DNA of 64,000 bases from an uncultured Acidobacteriota bacterium (GCA_964524795.1 CAZGEH010000003.1:78675-142674); one strand, 5' to 3'. Numbered from the stretch's first letter, positions 19,016 through 28,971 are shown. Made by a program: numbers and translations. The notes: generated from the sequence alone by a model not told the origin.

Positions 19016-20359
19016 CTATACCGGCCCGGAAGACGGTTCCTCAGCGGCAAGTTCGCGGTAGCGCCGGCCGGCGTACCGCGCGGCAAAGACCCAGACACAG
19101 ACGATCAAGAGGGTAAAAAGAGACAGCCAGCGCACGGAAGAGAAGTCGGAAAACCAGGTCGTGACGGCCAGGCTTACGCCGATCGCCACCACCTTGGCGA
19201 AGCGCTGGATGAACATGTCGATGAAGGCCTTGGCCTTGTATTTCTCGTCCTTGGAGGTCGGCACATACAGGGCTTCCTTGGCCGACTGGTTGAGGGAATA
19301 AGCAAACCCGCTGTCCGCGGTGTTCAGGAGGCTCCCCGCCCACAGCACGGGCAGAGCCAGAAAACCTGCGGACCCCATGGCGATGGCCATCGGCAGGATC
19401 AGCAGGGCCGTACCCATGCCGAAGCGGGTCATGATGAAGCTGGTCACGAACAACTGGACGAACATGGAGACCCAGTTGCTGAGCGCATAGATGGTGCTCA
19501 GGTGGACCCCGATGGCATCGCCGTCCAGGTAATGGGCCACGATGGCCTTGAACTGGAAGTCCACGACCTGCGAGGTGATTTCGTAAAGGCCCACGATGGC
19601 AACAATCGCCAGCAGATACGGCGACCGGAAAACCAGACGTGCGCCCTCCAAAGCGGCACTGGATCGGCTGGGCTCGGGCGTCCCGCCGCCGGTGGCCGGA
19701 CGTCCTACCTCCTGCGGCGGGTGGCGGCTCACCAGCCGTCCCGCTCCCCAGGCGGCCACCAGGATGATGGCGGCCATCCCGGCGCAGATCCACAGCCAGT
19801 GGGCGGCTGAGAGCTGCTGGATCCAGACCCGCAGCACCAGGGTGCCGAAGGCTCCGCCCACGACGCCCCCCAGAACGATCAAACCGTAGAGCCGGCGGGC
19901 CGCCTCGGGAGTCACGGAATCGTTGAGAAAGGCGAAAAACGCGGTGACCATCAGGGAGTTGAAGAGGTCGCCATACAGATAGAACGACCACACGGTGAGA
20001 TCGCCGGGTTCGTTGATGGTGAGCGTATAGAGGGCGTAGGCCGGCAGGATGAACCCCATGAAGGCGTAGGTAAGCTGCTGGCGTCGCAGGCGGCGGGAGA
20101 GCCAGGTGAAGACCACGACGGCCCCAAGGGCCACGAACATGTTCAGCACCTTGGCCAGCAGTTCCGCCTGGGCGGCTGTGAAATGAGCGCCCGCCAACAA
20201 TAATCCCGAAGTGTCGTAGTACTGGATGAACAGCGCCGATTTCAGCGGCTTGAGAACCCAGAAAGAAGTGATGACGAGGAAGAAGTACAGGAACATCAGC
20301 AAGGCCAGCGGAAGCTCCTCCCGGCGGATGTCCATGAACGCTTTCAGCGGAGTTGCCAT
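19016..20359 (-). CDS. TLC/Npt-family nucleotide (ATP/ADP) transporter-like membrane protein
   Basis: 447 aa, about 11-12 TM helices. The N-terminus ELPLALLMFLYFFLVITSFWVLKPLKSALFI matches the hallmark start of TLC/Npt1 translocases (LP.ALMMF...Y..LR..KD). Confidence 0.65.
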   Translation of the reverse strand: MATPLKAFMDIRREELPLALLMFLYFFLVITSFWVLKPLKSALFIQYYDTSGLLLAGAHFTAAQAELLAKVLNMFVALGAVVVFTWLSRRLRRQQLTYAFMGFILPAYALYTLTINEPGDLTVWSFYLYGDLFNSLMVTAFFAFLNDSVTPEAARRLYGLIVLGGVVGGAFGTLVLRVWIQQLSAAHWLWICAGMAAIILVAAWGAGRLVSRHPPQEVGRPATGGGTPEPSRSSAALEGARLVFRSPYLLAIVAIVGLYEITSQVVDFQFKAIVAHYLDGDAIGVHLSTIYALSNWVSMFVQLFVTSFIMTRFGMGTALLILPMAIAMGSAGFLALPVLWAGSLLNTADSGFAYSLNQSAKEALYVPTSKDEKYKAKAFIDMFIQRFAKVVAIGVSLAVTTWFSDFSSVRWLSLFTLLIVCVWVFAARYAGRRYRELAAEEPSSGPV

Positions 20360-20373
20360 TCCGGCCTGTCCTT

Positions 20374-20958
20374 TCAGCCGCCCAGTTCGATGGTTCCCGG
20401 CAGCAGCCGGATGGTTTTCAAGCCTCTCGGGAGCGGGATGGGTCCGGTGGGGTCAAAAGGCGGGTCCTGTTTCTCCCCCAACTGCTTCAGCAGCAGGTCC
20501 ACCAGGCTGGGGGGCAGAGGGACGCCGTTCACGGAGGCGGACTGGGTCCGATACCGGGCCACTCCGCCCGTGCCTTCCACCAATCCTTCCAGAGCGAGGC
20601 GCTGTCGGCCCGAAAGAAGGCTTCGAAACAGCGCCGCACCGGCCGAGTCTCCCAGATTCACCTGGTCCAGATCCACATCGATATCCGCCTGGAACCGGCC
20701 TTCCAGGACCCTGACCGCCACCGAGCGGACGGCCGTCACGCGGTTGGCTTCGACCTCGGTGCTGATGAAAGTGTTGAGTTCTCCCTCCGTCACGACGAAC
20801 CGGTCACCAGGCTGGACGCCGGTTTCCAGCGACCTCAGAAGTTCAGCCAGGCCCCCGCCGGCCAGCGGAAAGGCCGGCGAAGCGAGCCCCAGGGCCGCAA
20901 TCATGACCAGGCTGGCGATGGTTCGTCTGGACATCCGGCGGGTTCCTCTGCAGTCCAT
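20374..20958 (-). CDS. Hypothetical secreted protein
   Basis: Probable start at the internal MSRRTIASLVMIAALGLASPAFPLA (signal peptide). No recognisable family. Confidence 0.4.
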   Translation of the reverse strand: MDCRGTRRMSRRTIASLVMIAALGLASPAFPLAGGGLAELLRSLETGVQPGDRFVVTEGELNTFISTEVEANRVTAVRSVAVRVLEGRFQADIDVDLDQVNLGDSAGAALFRSLLSGRQRLALEGLVEGTGGVARYRTQSASVNGVPLPPSLVDLLLKQLGEKQDPPFDPTGPIPLPRGLKTIRLLPGTIELGG

Positions 20959-22478
20959 CAGAGCAGAAAGGACAACGCGATCCAGAGGGGAACGAGGACG
21001 GCCAGAGCGTATCCCATGTAGCCGAAGAAAGAGGGCATCCTGATCCCGGACTGTTCCGCGATGGTCTTGACCATGAAGTTGGGACCGTTTCCGATATAAG
21101 TGTTCGCTCCCATAAAGACGGCTCCCAGACTCACCGCGATCAAAAACGCCTCCAGGATCTCCCGACCTCCTGCGAGCTGGACCAGGGCTCCCGCCGCCGG
21201 CAGTGTCGCCGCGGTTTCGAAGAAGACCACGTAGGTCGGTGCGTTGTCGAGAAAACTCGACAGCGCCCCCGTGGCCCAGAAGAAAGCAAACGGCGTATCC
21301 AGTCCCAGCGAGGCTCCCCGGGCATGAAGGATCTCGATGGGGACCTGCATGCAGATGAAGATTCCAGAGAAGAGTGCGGCCACCTCGAGGATGGCGGTGT
21401 AATCGAAGCGGTTGAGACGGCGGGTCTCGGGGCGCGTCACATGCAGGGACAGCACCACCAGCATGAGCATCACTACTTCGCGGAAAAAGACCGGAGGGAT
21501 GAAGGCTGTGCCCAGAAACGGTTTGCCCGGCACCAGAAAAGCCACCGCCGTTACCACCCCCAGGATCAGGGGGATGTTGACCAGGCCGGTCACCCGCAGA
21601 GGCCGAACCTGGGTCTCATCGCTGATCAGCGCCCTCACCGGTTCGCGACGGTGCATGATGCGGTCCCAGATGCAGTAGATGACCAGCAGAGTTCCATTGA
21701 CGGCCAGCCAGTAGGGCCAAAGTTTCAACGTCCAGGTGAACGGAACTCCCCGGAGATAGCCGAGGAACAGCGGCGGGTCTCCAATCGGCAGCAACAGCCC
21801 CCCGCAGTTGCAGACGATGAAAATGAAGAACACCACCGTATGGACCCGGTGTTTCCGCTCCGCGTTGGTCGCCAGCAGCGGCCGGACCAGCATCATCGCG
21901 GCTCCGGTGGTCCCGATGAAGCTGGCAAGGATTGCGCCCAGTCCCAGGAACGCCGCGTTGACCCCGGTGTGGGCGGGAAGATCTCCGCTCAGATTGATGC
22001 CGCCGCTGATGACGTACAGGCTGAAAAGGAGAACGATGAAGGGGATGAACTCCGCCAGAATGGCGTTATCGAAGACCGCCCGCACGGTGTCCAGGCCCGG
22101 ATTGCTGGCTGCTCCATGGCTGAAGTGGTCGGCGATTCCGCCCGGGTGGACCAGGCCGTAATAGGCCAGGGTGATCCCGGACAGCACCAGGGCGACCAGA
22201 AACTTGTGGGTGTTGGAATGCCACCAGTGCTGGGTGGCGCGGATCAGGGGGAGGACGGCGATGGCCAGCAGCAGACCGGCAAACGGCAGGACGGCCCACA
22301 GGGATGGTACAAACGTCACGGGTGCCGCATGACCCTCTTCCGGGGCATGACCGGTGGAGATGAAGCCTCCCGTCAGCAGGGCCAGATACACGAGCACGAC
22401 CACCAGAATCGACAGCGAGACGAGCCGGGAGGTCCGGGTCATCTCGGCGAGAGCTTCCTGTCCCAAGGCGACGCTCAT
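20958..22478 (-). CDS. ArsB/NhaD-superfamily (CitMHS-like) ion transporter permease
   Basis: 506 aa polytopic membrane protein with duplicated halves; the C-terminal YIGNGPNFMVKTIAEQSGIRMPSFFGYM is typical of NhaD/ArsB-fold permeases. Confidence 0.55.
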   Translation of the reverse strand: MSVALGQEALAEMTRTSRLVSLSILVVVLVYLALLTGGFISTGHAPEEGHAAPVTFVPSLWAVLPFAGLLLAIAVLPLIRATQHWWHSNTHKFLVALVLSGITLAYYGLVHPGGIADHFSHGAASNPGLDTVRAVFDNAILAEFIPFIVLLFSLYVISGGINLSGDLPAHTGVNAAFLGLGAILASFIGTTGAAMMLVRPLLATNAERKHRVHTVVFFIFIVCNCGGLLLPIGDPPLFLGYLRGVPFTWTLKLWPYWLAVNGTLLVIYCIWDRIMHRREPVRALISDETQVRPLRVTGLVNIPLILGVVTAVAFLVPGKPFLGTAFIPPVFFREVVMLMLVVLSLHVTRPETRRLNRFDYTAILEVAALFSGIFICMQVPIEILHARGASLGLDTPFAFFWATGALSSFLDNAPTYVVFFETAATLPAAGALVQLAGGREILEAFLIAVSLGAVFMGANTYIGNGPNFMVKTIAEQSGIRMPSFFGYMGYALAVLVPLWIALSFLL

Positions 22479-22529
22479 AAAGACTCCAGTCGCGAGTGGT
22501 GATTGTGGGCCCGTGAAAGCGGCAAGTGA

Positions 22530-22883
22530 TCAGTCGTCCACTCTCTCCACCACCATGGTCACCTGTTTCTGACCCTCACGGATCCGGTAGTAGACATGGA
22601 CATAAGCGCCGGGACCGAAATCGCTCCCCTTGATCGAGCTTTCCACCATCTGGAACTCCAGCGGGCCCTTCTTGGTACGGATCACCAGTGTGTGCGGAGA
22701 GATCGTCTCCACTGTCCCGTAAACATCGAAGCTGCGTTCCTCCAGAGGTTTCTCCTTGGACCACAGCTTCCAGAAGCAGCCGGGCTGTAACGGCAGGAGG
22801 AAAAGCAGCAGCAAGCCGAGGGCCGGATGAAACCGGACCTTCACCGGCCGGCTGAAGCGGCGAAAAACGTCAGGATGCGGCAA
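22530..22883 (-). CDS. Small lipoprotein, hypothetical
   Basis: Candidate lipobox LLPLQPGC after a hydrophobic stretch; about 85-aa mature beta-rich domain. The start is uncertain. Confidence 0.35.
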   Translation of the reverse strand: MPHPDVFRRFSRPVKVRFHPALGLLLLFLLPLQPGCFWKLWSKEKPLEERSFDVYGTVETISPHTLVIRTKKGPLEFQMVESSIKGSDFGPGAYVHVYYRIREGQKQVTMVVERVDD

Positions 22884-23304
22884 CTTGGAGAACCTCCGCG
22901 AGAAGTTGCTTGATCTGTTTCTCCAGGTGGTTGCGCACCGCGCGGTAGGCGATGATCTTTTCCGCGGGAGTCACCCTCACTGCAGCCGGGTCCGGGACCT
23001 TCCACACCGCGGAGGGTCTGGCGGCAAGCTCCTCCAGGCGGGTCTCGGCTTCGCGGTCCAGGGCGATCACATGGCTGTAATTGCTGAGGTGTTTGCGATC
23101 CAGCGGCTCCACCTGGATGAGGGAAATGTCGACTCCAGCCTCATTCATCGCCCACTGGCAGTAAGGGTCGACAGCCGGTTCGAAGGGACCGGCTGTCTCC
23201 ACCTCCACCATCTGACCGGCCAGGTACCGTGTCAGGCCCTCCGCCATCAGCCCTCGGCAGCAACTGCCTCCCACCACGTAGAGTATGCGCGGACGCTGCG
23301 CCAT
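22870..23304 (-). CDS. Low-molecular-weight phosphotyrosine phosphatase / ArsC-like (LMW-PTP fold)
   Basis: MAQRPRILYVVGGSCCRGLMAEGL resembles the LMW-PTP/ArsC P-loop (C-x5-R); the downstream DR...D pattern is present. The start is chosen at the internal Met so that the P-loop is N-terminal; the ORF extends to 23358. Confidence 0.55.
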   Translation of the reverse strand: MAQRPRILYVVGGSCCRGLMAEGLTRYLAGQMVEVETAGPFEPAVDPYCQWAMNEAGVDISLIQVEPLDRKHLSNYSHVIALDREAETRLEELAARPSAVWKVPDPAAVRVTPAEKIIAYRAVRNHLEKQIKQLLAEVLQVAAS

Positions 23305-23477
23305 CGTCGATTTCACTCCGGCCTGGAAACTTGATGCCCGCAGCCGCAGCTTGGGCATAAACGCCGGCTATCTTATCACCCGCGGCTGACTTCGCGGCAA
23401 TACCCGCGGAAGGACCGGCGAGTGTCAAGAAGGCTTGGGCACCGCGCCGGCGGACTGGAATCGATGCCGGCCGCCGG

Positions 23478-24656
23478 TCACGGCCTCCGCCCGCCCTGGC
23501 AACGCCGGGCCAGGCCCTGGAGTCCGAAGACCACGAGAAAACCGGCGCAGGGCAACGCCATCGCCACCGCAATCCCATCCCATTCCGCTGCCAGACCGGC
23601 CGCCCAGGGCACCAGCATCCCCCCTGTGAGAGCCACACTCATCAGGACTCCGATGACGGTTCCGGAAAGCGCCGGATACCGGCTCGAGGCCTGCCCGATC
23701 ACAGTCGGGAAAATCAGCGCCATGAACAGACCCGTCAGACCGCTGTACAGGTAGCCGCTTTGGCTGTCACCCGCCGCCAGCAGCAGGCCAAGCGAGACGG
23801 CGGACCCCAGCGCTCCCGTCTGAACCACCGTCGCCGGCGAGTACCGCTGCAGCAGCCAACTGGCCGCAAAGCGGCCCAAGATGAGAGCACCCCAGAATGT
23901 GGACAGATAAAAGGAAGCTCCGCCGGGGGTCGCCCCCAGCCGTTCCACCGCAAAGGTCGTGAGCCAACCGCTGGTCGTGATCTCGTTGCCAGACTGGAAG
24001 AACAACAGCACTGCCAGCACCAGGATCAAGGGGTCACGCAACAAACCCAGCGCCTGACCCACCGGAAAGCCGGCCGCCTGCTTGGGGGCGGGGAACCGGG
24101 CCAGGGCAAAGACAATTCCCGTCACCGCCGCCAACCCCGCCGTCGACAGCAGGATCCCGGCCAAACCCAGCCGGCTGAGCAGAACTCCGATCACCAGGGG
24201 AATCGTAAACGTCCCCAGGCCGAAGAAAACGCCGAGCCGGTTCAGCGCCACTGCCGCCCGCTCCGGGTAGAGATCGGCCACCAGGGCGTTGGTGCCCACG
24301 TTCAGCCCGCCCCCTCCCAGGCCCAGCAGAAAACTGCCCGCCACCAGAGCCCCATATGAAGCTGCAACCGCCAGCAGTCCCAAACCGGCTCCACAGCTCA
24401 GTGCGCTCAACACGAGGAACAGCCGGTAACCAAACCGGTCAAAGGTGGGACCGCCGAACAGGGTCACCAGCAAAGCCCCCAGGTTGAGGAAAAGGAAAAG
24501 ACTGCCTGCTTCCGCCGGGTTGAGACGGACGGCCTCGAACAGGGGCGGCAAGATCGATCCCAGCGTCGCCAGGGCAATCCCGAAAACGAAGATCCCCAGA
24601 TGCGAAGCCCAGGTCAGCGGATCACTCCAGTAGGCACGGTCGGCGGTCGGCATCAT
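23478..24656 (-). CDS. MFS transporter
   Basis: 12 predicted TM helices with MFS-like loop motifs (GPTFDRFGYR, GLGGGGLNVG). Confidence 0.75.
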   Translation of the reverse strand: MMPTADRAYWSDPLTWASHLGIFVFGIALATLGSILPPLFEAVRLNPAEAGSLFLFLNLGALLVTLFGGPTFDRFGYRLFLVLSALSCGAGLGLLAVAASYGALVAGSFLLGLGGGGLNVGTNALVADLYPERAAVALNRLGVFFGLGTFTIPLVIGVLLSRLGLAGILLSTAGLAAVTGIVFALARFPAPKQAAGFPVGQALGLLRDPLILVLAVLLFFQSGNEITTSGWLTTFAVERLGATPGGASFYLSTFWGALILGRFAASWLLQRYSPATVVQTGALGSAVSLGLLLAAGDSQSGYLYSGLTGLFMALIFPTVIGQASSRYPALSGTVIGVLMSVALTGGMLVPWAAGLAAEWDGIAVAMALPCAGFLVVFGLQGLARRCQGGRRP

Positions 24657-25412
24657 TCCCCGCGCAGACGCCGGCGGTAGGCGTCGAAGACCTGGTGGTT
24701 GTGATCCGGGCGAACGCCGGGAACATTGGGCGAGACGAAAGTCGTCAGGTGGCCCCCCCGGGAGCGCAGCGCCTGCGCCGTCTCCGCCACCAGCGCCATG
24801 CTGATCGCAATGACCGCCAGGGTCGAGCCGGCCCCCACCTTCTCGATCTGCCCCACATCCACCAGGGCGTCTTCAGGTGGGACGCAGTTGTCGATGACCA
24901 GGTCGGCGGCATCGGCCAGCTTCCGGCCCGAGGAGTGGACGGGCGCCGATCGGCGGTGGTTCTCCAGGGAGGTAACAGCGATCACCCGGGTGCCCCGTTC
25001 CCGGACGTAGAGAGCCGCCTCGATGGGCGCTGCGTTCAGACCACCGTGGGAGTACACCAGCAGACAGTCTTTCCCACTGAAGGGGTACTCCGCCAGGAAG
25101 TTGGCGATATAACCTTCCCGCCGCTCGAGCCACAGGAGCTCCGGCGCCCCTCCCGGTCCGACGACGTTGAACCACATCAGCCTGGGATCCATCAGCGGGC
25201 GGAAACCGACGAAGCTCCCGTAGCGCGGGAAGACGTCCAGCACCGGGATGACGGAATGCCCGCTGCCGAACAGATAGACCCAGCCGCCCGCCTGGATGCT
25301 GTCGGCCATGATTCCAGCCGCCTGCCGGATAGCGTCGGCCTGGGACCTGCGGATATGGCCCAGCAGCCGTTCGGCCTCATCGAAATAACGCTCGCTGCTC
25401 ACCCTGACTCTC
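24653..25412 (-). CDS. SIS-domain protein (sugar-phosphate isomerase/binding family)
   Basis: GTG start 7 nt after AGGAGGAG. VSSERYFDEAERLLGHIRRSQADAIRQAAGIMADSIQAGGWVYLFGSGHS... is a SIS phosphosugar-binding fold. The upstream Gly/Arg-rich in-frame extension is judged non-coding. Confidence 0.6.
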
Positions 25413-26274
25413 CTCCTTCCAGCCGGGCGGCTGCCGCCGCCCCCAGAACCCCGGCCTCCAGGCCGAGGCTGCCGGGCTGCACTCTCACCCGTTTGACGGC
25501 CTCCGGCTGTGACCATCGCTGCATGGCGTCCAGTGCGTCCTGCTTCATCCATTGCCAGCTCCGGCTGACCCCCCCGCCCAGCAGAATGAGCTGAGGGTTT
25601 AGCAGGCTGACCAGCAGGGCCAGAACCCTTCCCACCACCGAACCCACCTCGGCGAACAGCCGAATCGCCCCCGGGTGCGCGGAGGCGGCCAGGGACGCCA
25701 GTTCCGGCACGGTTCCGGCAAGACCCCGCCGGCAAGCATGGCGCACAATGGCCGGGCCGGCTGCCACCTCCTCGAAATGGCGGAGTTCCCCCTCGAAACT
25801 GACCGGGACCCAGCCCACCGAACCTGCAATCTCATCATGGCCGCGAACCAGCCTCCCTCCGCTCACGATCCCCGCCCCGATGCCGGTGCCCAGGATCAGA
25901 TACACCACATCGCGGCAACCCCGAGCGGCTCCGTAGAGCAGCTCGCCTAGAACCGCGGTGTTGCGGTCGCTCTCCACCACCACCGGCAGCCCCGACGCTT
26001 CCGCCAGCCGTGAACGCAAGGGAATGTAGTCCCAGCCGGGGATGTTGGGCGCCCAGACCCGTCCCGTGCCGCGTTCCGCGATTCCCGGAATGCCGATCCC
26101 CGCCGCCCGGACACCCTGCTCCCGGTACCGGCGGAGCAGTTGGACAAGCTGTTTCACCACTTCCTCCGAGCCGGCTGCATCGGTCGGCTGGACCTGCAGG
26201 CTGGACACATGGCCGTCCCTGTCCACCAGTCCGGCGGCGATTTTCGTCCCTCCGAGGTCAATACCGAGATACAT
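25399..26274 (-). CDS. ROK-family sugar kinase (glucokinase/N-acetylglucosamine kinase-like)
   Basis: MYLGIDLGGTKIAAGLVD, a central LILGTGIGAGIV, a C-terminal GHDEIAGSVGW...LLGGGVS (ROK motifs). The ORF extends to 26343. Confidence 0.8.
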   Translation of the reverse strand: MYLGIDLGGTKIAAGLVDRDGHVSSLQVQPTDAAGSEEVVKQLVQLLRRYREQGVRAAGIGIPGIAERGTGRVWAPNIPGWDYIPLRSRLAEASGLPVVVESDRNTAVLGELLYGAARGCRDVVYLILGTGIGAGIVSGGRLVRGHDEIAGSVGWVPVSFEGELRHFEEVAAGPAIVRHACRRGLAGTVPELASLAASAHPGAIRLFAEVGSVVGRVLALLVSLLNPQLILLGGGVSRSWQWMKQDALDAMQRWSQPEAVKRVRVQPGSLGLEAGVLGAAAAARLEGGESG

Positions 26275-26285
26275 GTCGCCGCCGC

Positions 26286-27032
26286 TCACGAACTGATGCC
26301 GGGAATGTGGCTCAGGAAGTACGGAAGCTGCTTCCGCCACCAAGGCCAGTCATGATCCACGTCGAACCCCCAGTAGTCAATCCAGGCCGGAACCTCCTTC
26401 TTCCGCAGGATCCCTTCCAGAGCCCGGGTGTCGGCCAGCATCGGTTCCTCCCAGGCGCCTTGGCCCACGCAGATCACGATGAAGCTCCGCCGGTACCGAT
26501 CCAGGTACCAGGGATCATGGAGGTTGGGGAGATACAACAGGGGACTGTTCAGATAGACCCCCTCGTCCACGTAGTCCCCGACAAACATCTGGAGCTGGTA
26601 GAGGCCGCTCAGGGCGATCGTTCCCTCGAACACGTCCGGATGGCGGAAGAAGAAGTTGGCGGCGTGATAGGCACCCATGGAACAGCCGGTGGCCAGCATC
26701 CGGGGGTACCCTCCGCAATGGTGGCGGACGAAGGGCGCCACCTCCCGAACCAGGTAGGCGTCGTAGTCCTCGTGACGCCGGGCCCGCTCCGCCGGGTGGG
26801 CGTTCCGGTTGCACCACGACTCCGAGTCGACGCTGTCTACGGCGAAAAGTTTGACCTTTCCGCCCTCGATCAGGCTCCCCACCGCCTCCACCATGCCAAA
26901 GCCTTCAAAGTCGTAGAAACGGCCTGCCTGCACGGGGAACACCACCACCGGCTTGCCGTAGTGCCCGTAGACCTTCAGTTCCATGTCCCGGTTCAGATGC
27001 GGGCTGAACCACCGGTGGTACTCGACGTGCAT
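26286..27032 (-). CDS. Esterase-family protein (esterase D / enterochelin-esterase-like alpha/beta hydrolase)
   Basis: MHVEYHRWFSPHLNRDMELKVYGHYGKPVVVFP...GCSMGAYHA (GxSxG)...DHDW, i.e. PF00756-like. Start chosen at the internal Met (ORF to 27122). Confidence 0.6.
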   Translation of the reverse strand: MHVEYHRWFSPHLNRDMELKVYGHYGKPVVVFPVQAGRFYDFEGFGMVEAVGSLIEGGKVKLFAVDSVDSESWCNRNAHPAERARRHEDYDAYLVREVAPFVRHHCGGYPRMLATGCSMGAYHAANFFFRHPDVFEGTIALSGLYQLQMFVGDYVDEGVYLNSPLLYLPNLHDPWYLDRYRRSFIVICVGQGAWEEPMLADTRALEGILRKKEVPAWIDYWGFDVDHDWPWWRKQLPYFLSHIPGISS

Positions 27033-27042
27033 TGCAGGGCTT

Positions 27043-28206
27043 TTACAGGTCGGCCCGGGCCTGGATGAAGTCGGCCATGGCGATGACTTCGTCCAGCTCC
27101 GGTGCCCTGACCAGGTAGGCATAGTCGCCCATGGCGTCCCGGAACAACGGGTTCATGGGCTGATGATTCACCAGTCGGCCTCCACACCACGAAACCACCG
27201 CGTCATGGCTGTGGAGGTACCTGCGGTCGTTGCGCCGGCTGACATAGGCGCAGTGGAAGATCCGCTCGAAGGAGAAGTCCACCGCTGTCCCGGTGACAAC
27301 CGCGGCCCAGCGGCGATACAGATCGATGTCGCTGGCGAAGTTGAACATGTCCACCGTGGGTCCGCCTGGCGGCCGCATGTTGACCTCCAGCGCCAGCAGC
27401 TTGCCCTCCGGGGTGCGGAAGAACTCGAAGTGGAAAAACCTTTCCCTGACTCCAAACGCCCGGAGAATCGCCCGGCCGGCCTGCTCCAAGTCCCCCGGCA
27501 GGCGGCGCAGGGTGTAGTAGTAGATGTCCGTGTTCTCGTTGACGGTCTCCATGATCCCCCGGCTGTACTGGAGCGAGGAGAAAAAGACGGGATTGCCGTC
27601 ACGGTCCGTCAGTCCGTCAAAGGTCTGGATGATTCCGTTGACAAACTCCTCCAGAAAATAACCTTCCGGAGAATCGGCCAGAAAACGCTCCAGCTCGGTC
27701 TCTGAGCGGATCGCCCAGGTTCGTGCGGCACCCACTCCGATGTCCGGCTTGGCGACCAGGGGGTAACCCACTTCGGCTGCGAAATTCCGTGCAGCCTCGG
27801 GCGAGGTGTATACCTGTCCCCGGGCAACCGGCACTCCGGCCTGCCGGAAAACCTCCTTCATTACCGACTTGCGCTTGACGGGGGGCAGGTCCTGGATCTT
27901 CGGCCCCTCGATGTTGAAGTCGGTGCGAAGCCTCGCCTCGGTCTCCAGCCAGTACTCGTTCAGGGAATCCAGCCGGTCGATTTTGCCGAAGTGCCAGGTC
28001 AAGTACCCCATCCCCCGGATGAGTTCCCCGTAGTGGTGGAGATCCTGGACCTGGAAGTAATCATTCAGGGCTTCCCGCAGTTCACGCCGCAGGGAGTCGC
28101 CGGGGGTGTGTCCGAGCCCCAGGACGACCGCGCCCAGCTCCCGGAGACGGACGCAAAAGTGATAGTAGTTCGGCGGGAATTCGGGGGAAAGGAAGACGAT
28201 GTTCAT
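27043..28206 (-). CDS. ATP-grasp domain protein (carboxylate-amine ligase-like)
   Basis: 387 aa with a central ATP-grasp signature (GYPLVAKPDIGVGAARTW...FLEEFVNG...LALEVNMRPPGG). Confidence 0.6.
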   Translation of the reverse strand: MNIVFLSPEFPPNYYHFCVRLRELGAVVLGLGHTPGDSLRRELREALNDYFQVQDLHHYGELIRGMGYLTWHFGKIDRLDSLNEYWLETEARLRTDFNIEGPKIQDLPPVKRKSVMKEVFRQAGVPVARGQVYTSPEAARNFAAEVGYPLVAKPDIGVGAARTWAIRSETELERFLADSPEGYFLEEFVNGIIQTFDGLTDRDGNPVFFSSLQYSRGIMETVNENTDIYYYTLRRLPGDLEQAGRAILRAFGVRERFFHFEFFRTPEGKLLALEVNMRPPGGPTVDMFNFASDIDLYRRWAAVVTGTAVDFSFERIFHCAYVSRRNDRRYLHSHDAVVSWCGGRLVNHQPMNPLFRDAMGDYAYLVRAPELDEVIAMADFIQARADL

Positions 28207-28326
28207 GGGGTGGAGCCAGCATAAGCGAAACCGGCGGTGAAAGAAAACGCATTCCAGCCGCGCCGTTCGCCGAGTGCACGCAGGTGGACGCCAGAAAGGC
28301 CGGGGCCGGGGTGAAGGCCGCCGGGG

Positions 28327-28971
28327 TCAAAGTTCTCCGTTGAGGAAGGGGTTGGTGACGCGCTCCCGTCCCACGGTCGTCGCCGGCCCATGACCCGGAT
28401 GCAGCACTGTGGAATCGGTCAGGGAAAGGATCTTTTCCCGGATCATCCGGAGCAGCAGCCGGGGATCGCCGCCGGGGAGATCGGTGCGGCCCACCGAACC
28501 CGAAAAGATCAGGTCGCCGCAGAAGACATGTTGGCCGACCACCAACGACACGCTGCCAGGCGAGTGCCCGGGTGTATGAAGGACCCGAATCTGCAGGTCG
28601 CCCAGCGGGATGACGTCCCCTTCGGCCAGATACCGGTCCACTGGCGGGGCGGGGTCGTACCGGAAGCCGAACCACTCACCCTGCTGGGACAGGGCATTGT
28701 AGAGGAACTCGTCGGCGGCATGGAGGTAGACAGGGACATCCCTCCTTTCCTTGAGCCGGCGGATGCCGCAGATATGGTCCATGTGCGCGTGGGTATTGAG
28801 GATGGCGGCCAGCTCGAGACCTTGGCCCTCGAACCAGGAAAGCATCTCCTCGACTTCGTCGCCCGGGTCGATGTAGGCCGCCTTTCCAGTGCGCGGACAA
28901 GCCAGCAGATAGCCGTTTTTCATCATTGGGGCCACGGCCCGCACTTCGATCAGCGGCTGGCTGCACATCAT
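28327..28971 (-). CDS. MBL-fold metallo-hydrolase (glyoxalase II-like)
   Basis: HAHMDHICG (HxHxDH), HTPGHSPGS, CGDLIFSGSVGRTD, HPGHGP. Start MMCSQPL 9 nt after GGAG. The long upstream in-frame extension of the ORF to 29913 is antisense to the next gene and rejected. Confidence 0.8.
   Translation of the reverse strand: MMCSQPLIEVRAVAPMMKNGYLLACPRTGKAAYIDPGDEVEEMLSWFEGQGLELAAILNTHAHMDHICGIRRLKERRDVPVYLHAADEFLYNALSQQGEWFGFRYDPAPPVDRYLAEGDVIPLGDLQIRVLHTPGHSPGSVSLVVGQHVFCGDLIFSGSVGRTDLPGGDPRLLLRMIREKILSLTDSTVLHPGHGPATTVGRERVTNPFLNGEL

Noticed and set aside
24653-25735. Gly/Arg-rich 108-aa N-terminal extension of the SIS-domain ORF.
   Set aside because: Low-complexity sequence that overlaps the 3' end of the ROK kinase gene. 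A GTG with a strong AGGAGGAG RBS starts exactly at the SIS domain.
27043-28326. Graspetide (ATP-grasp RiPP) cluster hypothesis for the ATP-grasp gene.
   Set aside because: No short precursor-peptide ORF with RBS was found within 500 nt on either side. The only small ORFs are out-of-frame overlaps.
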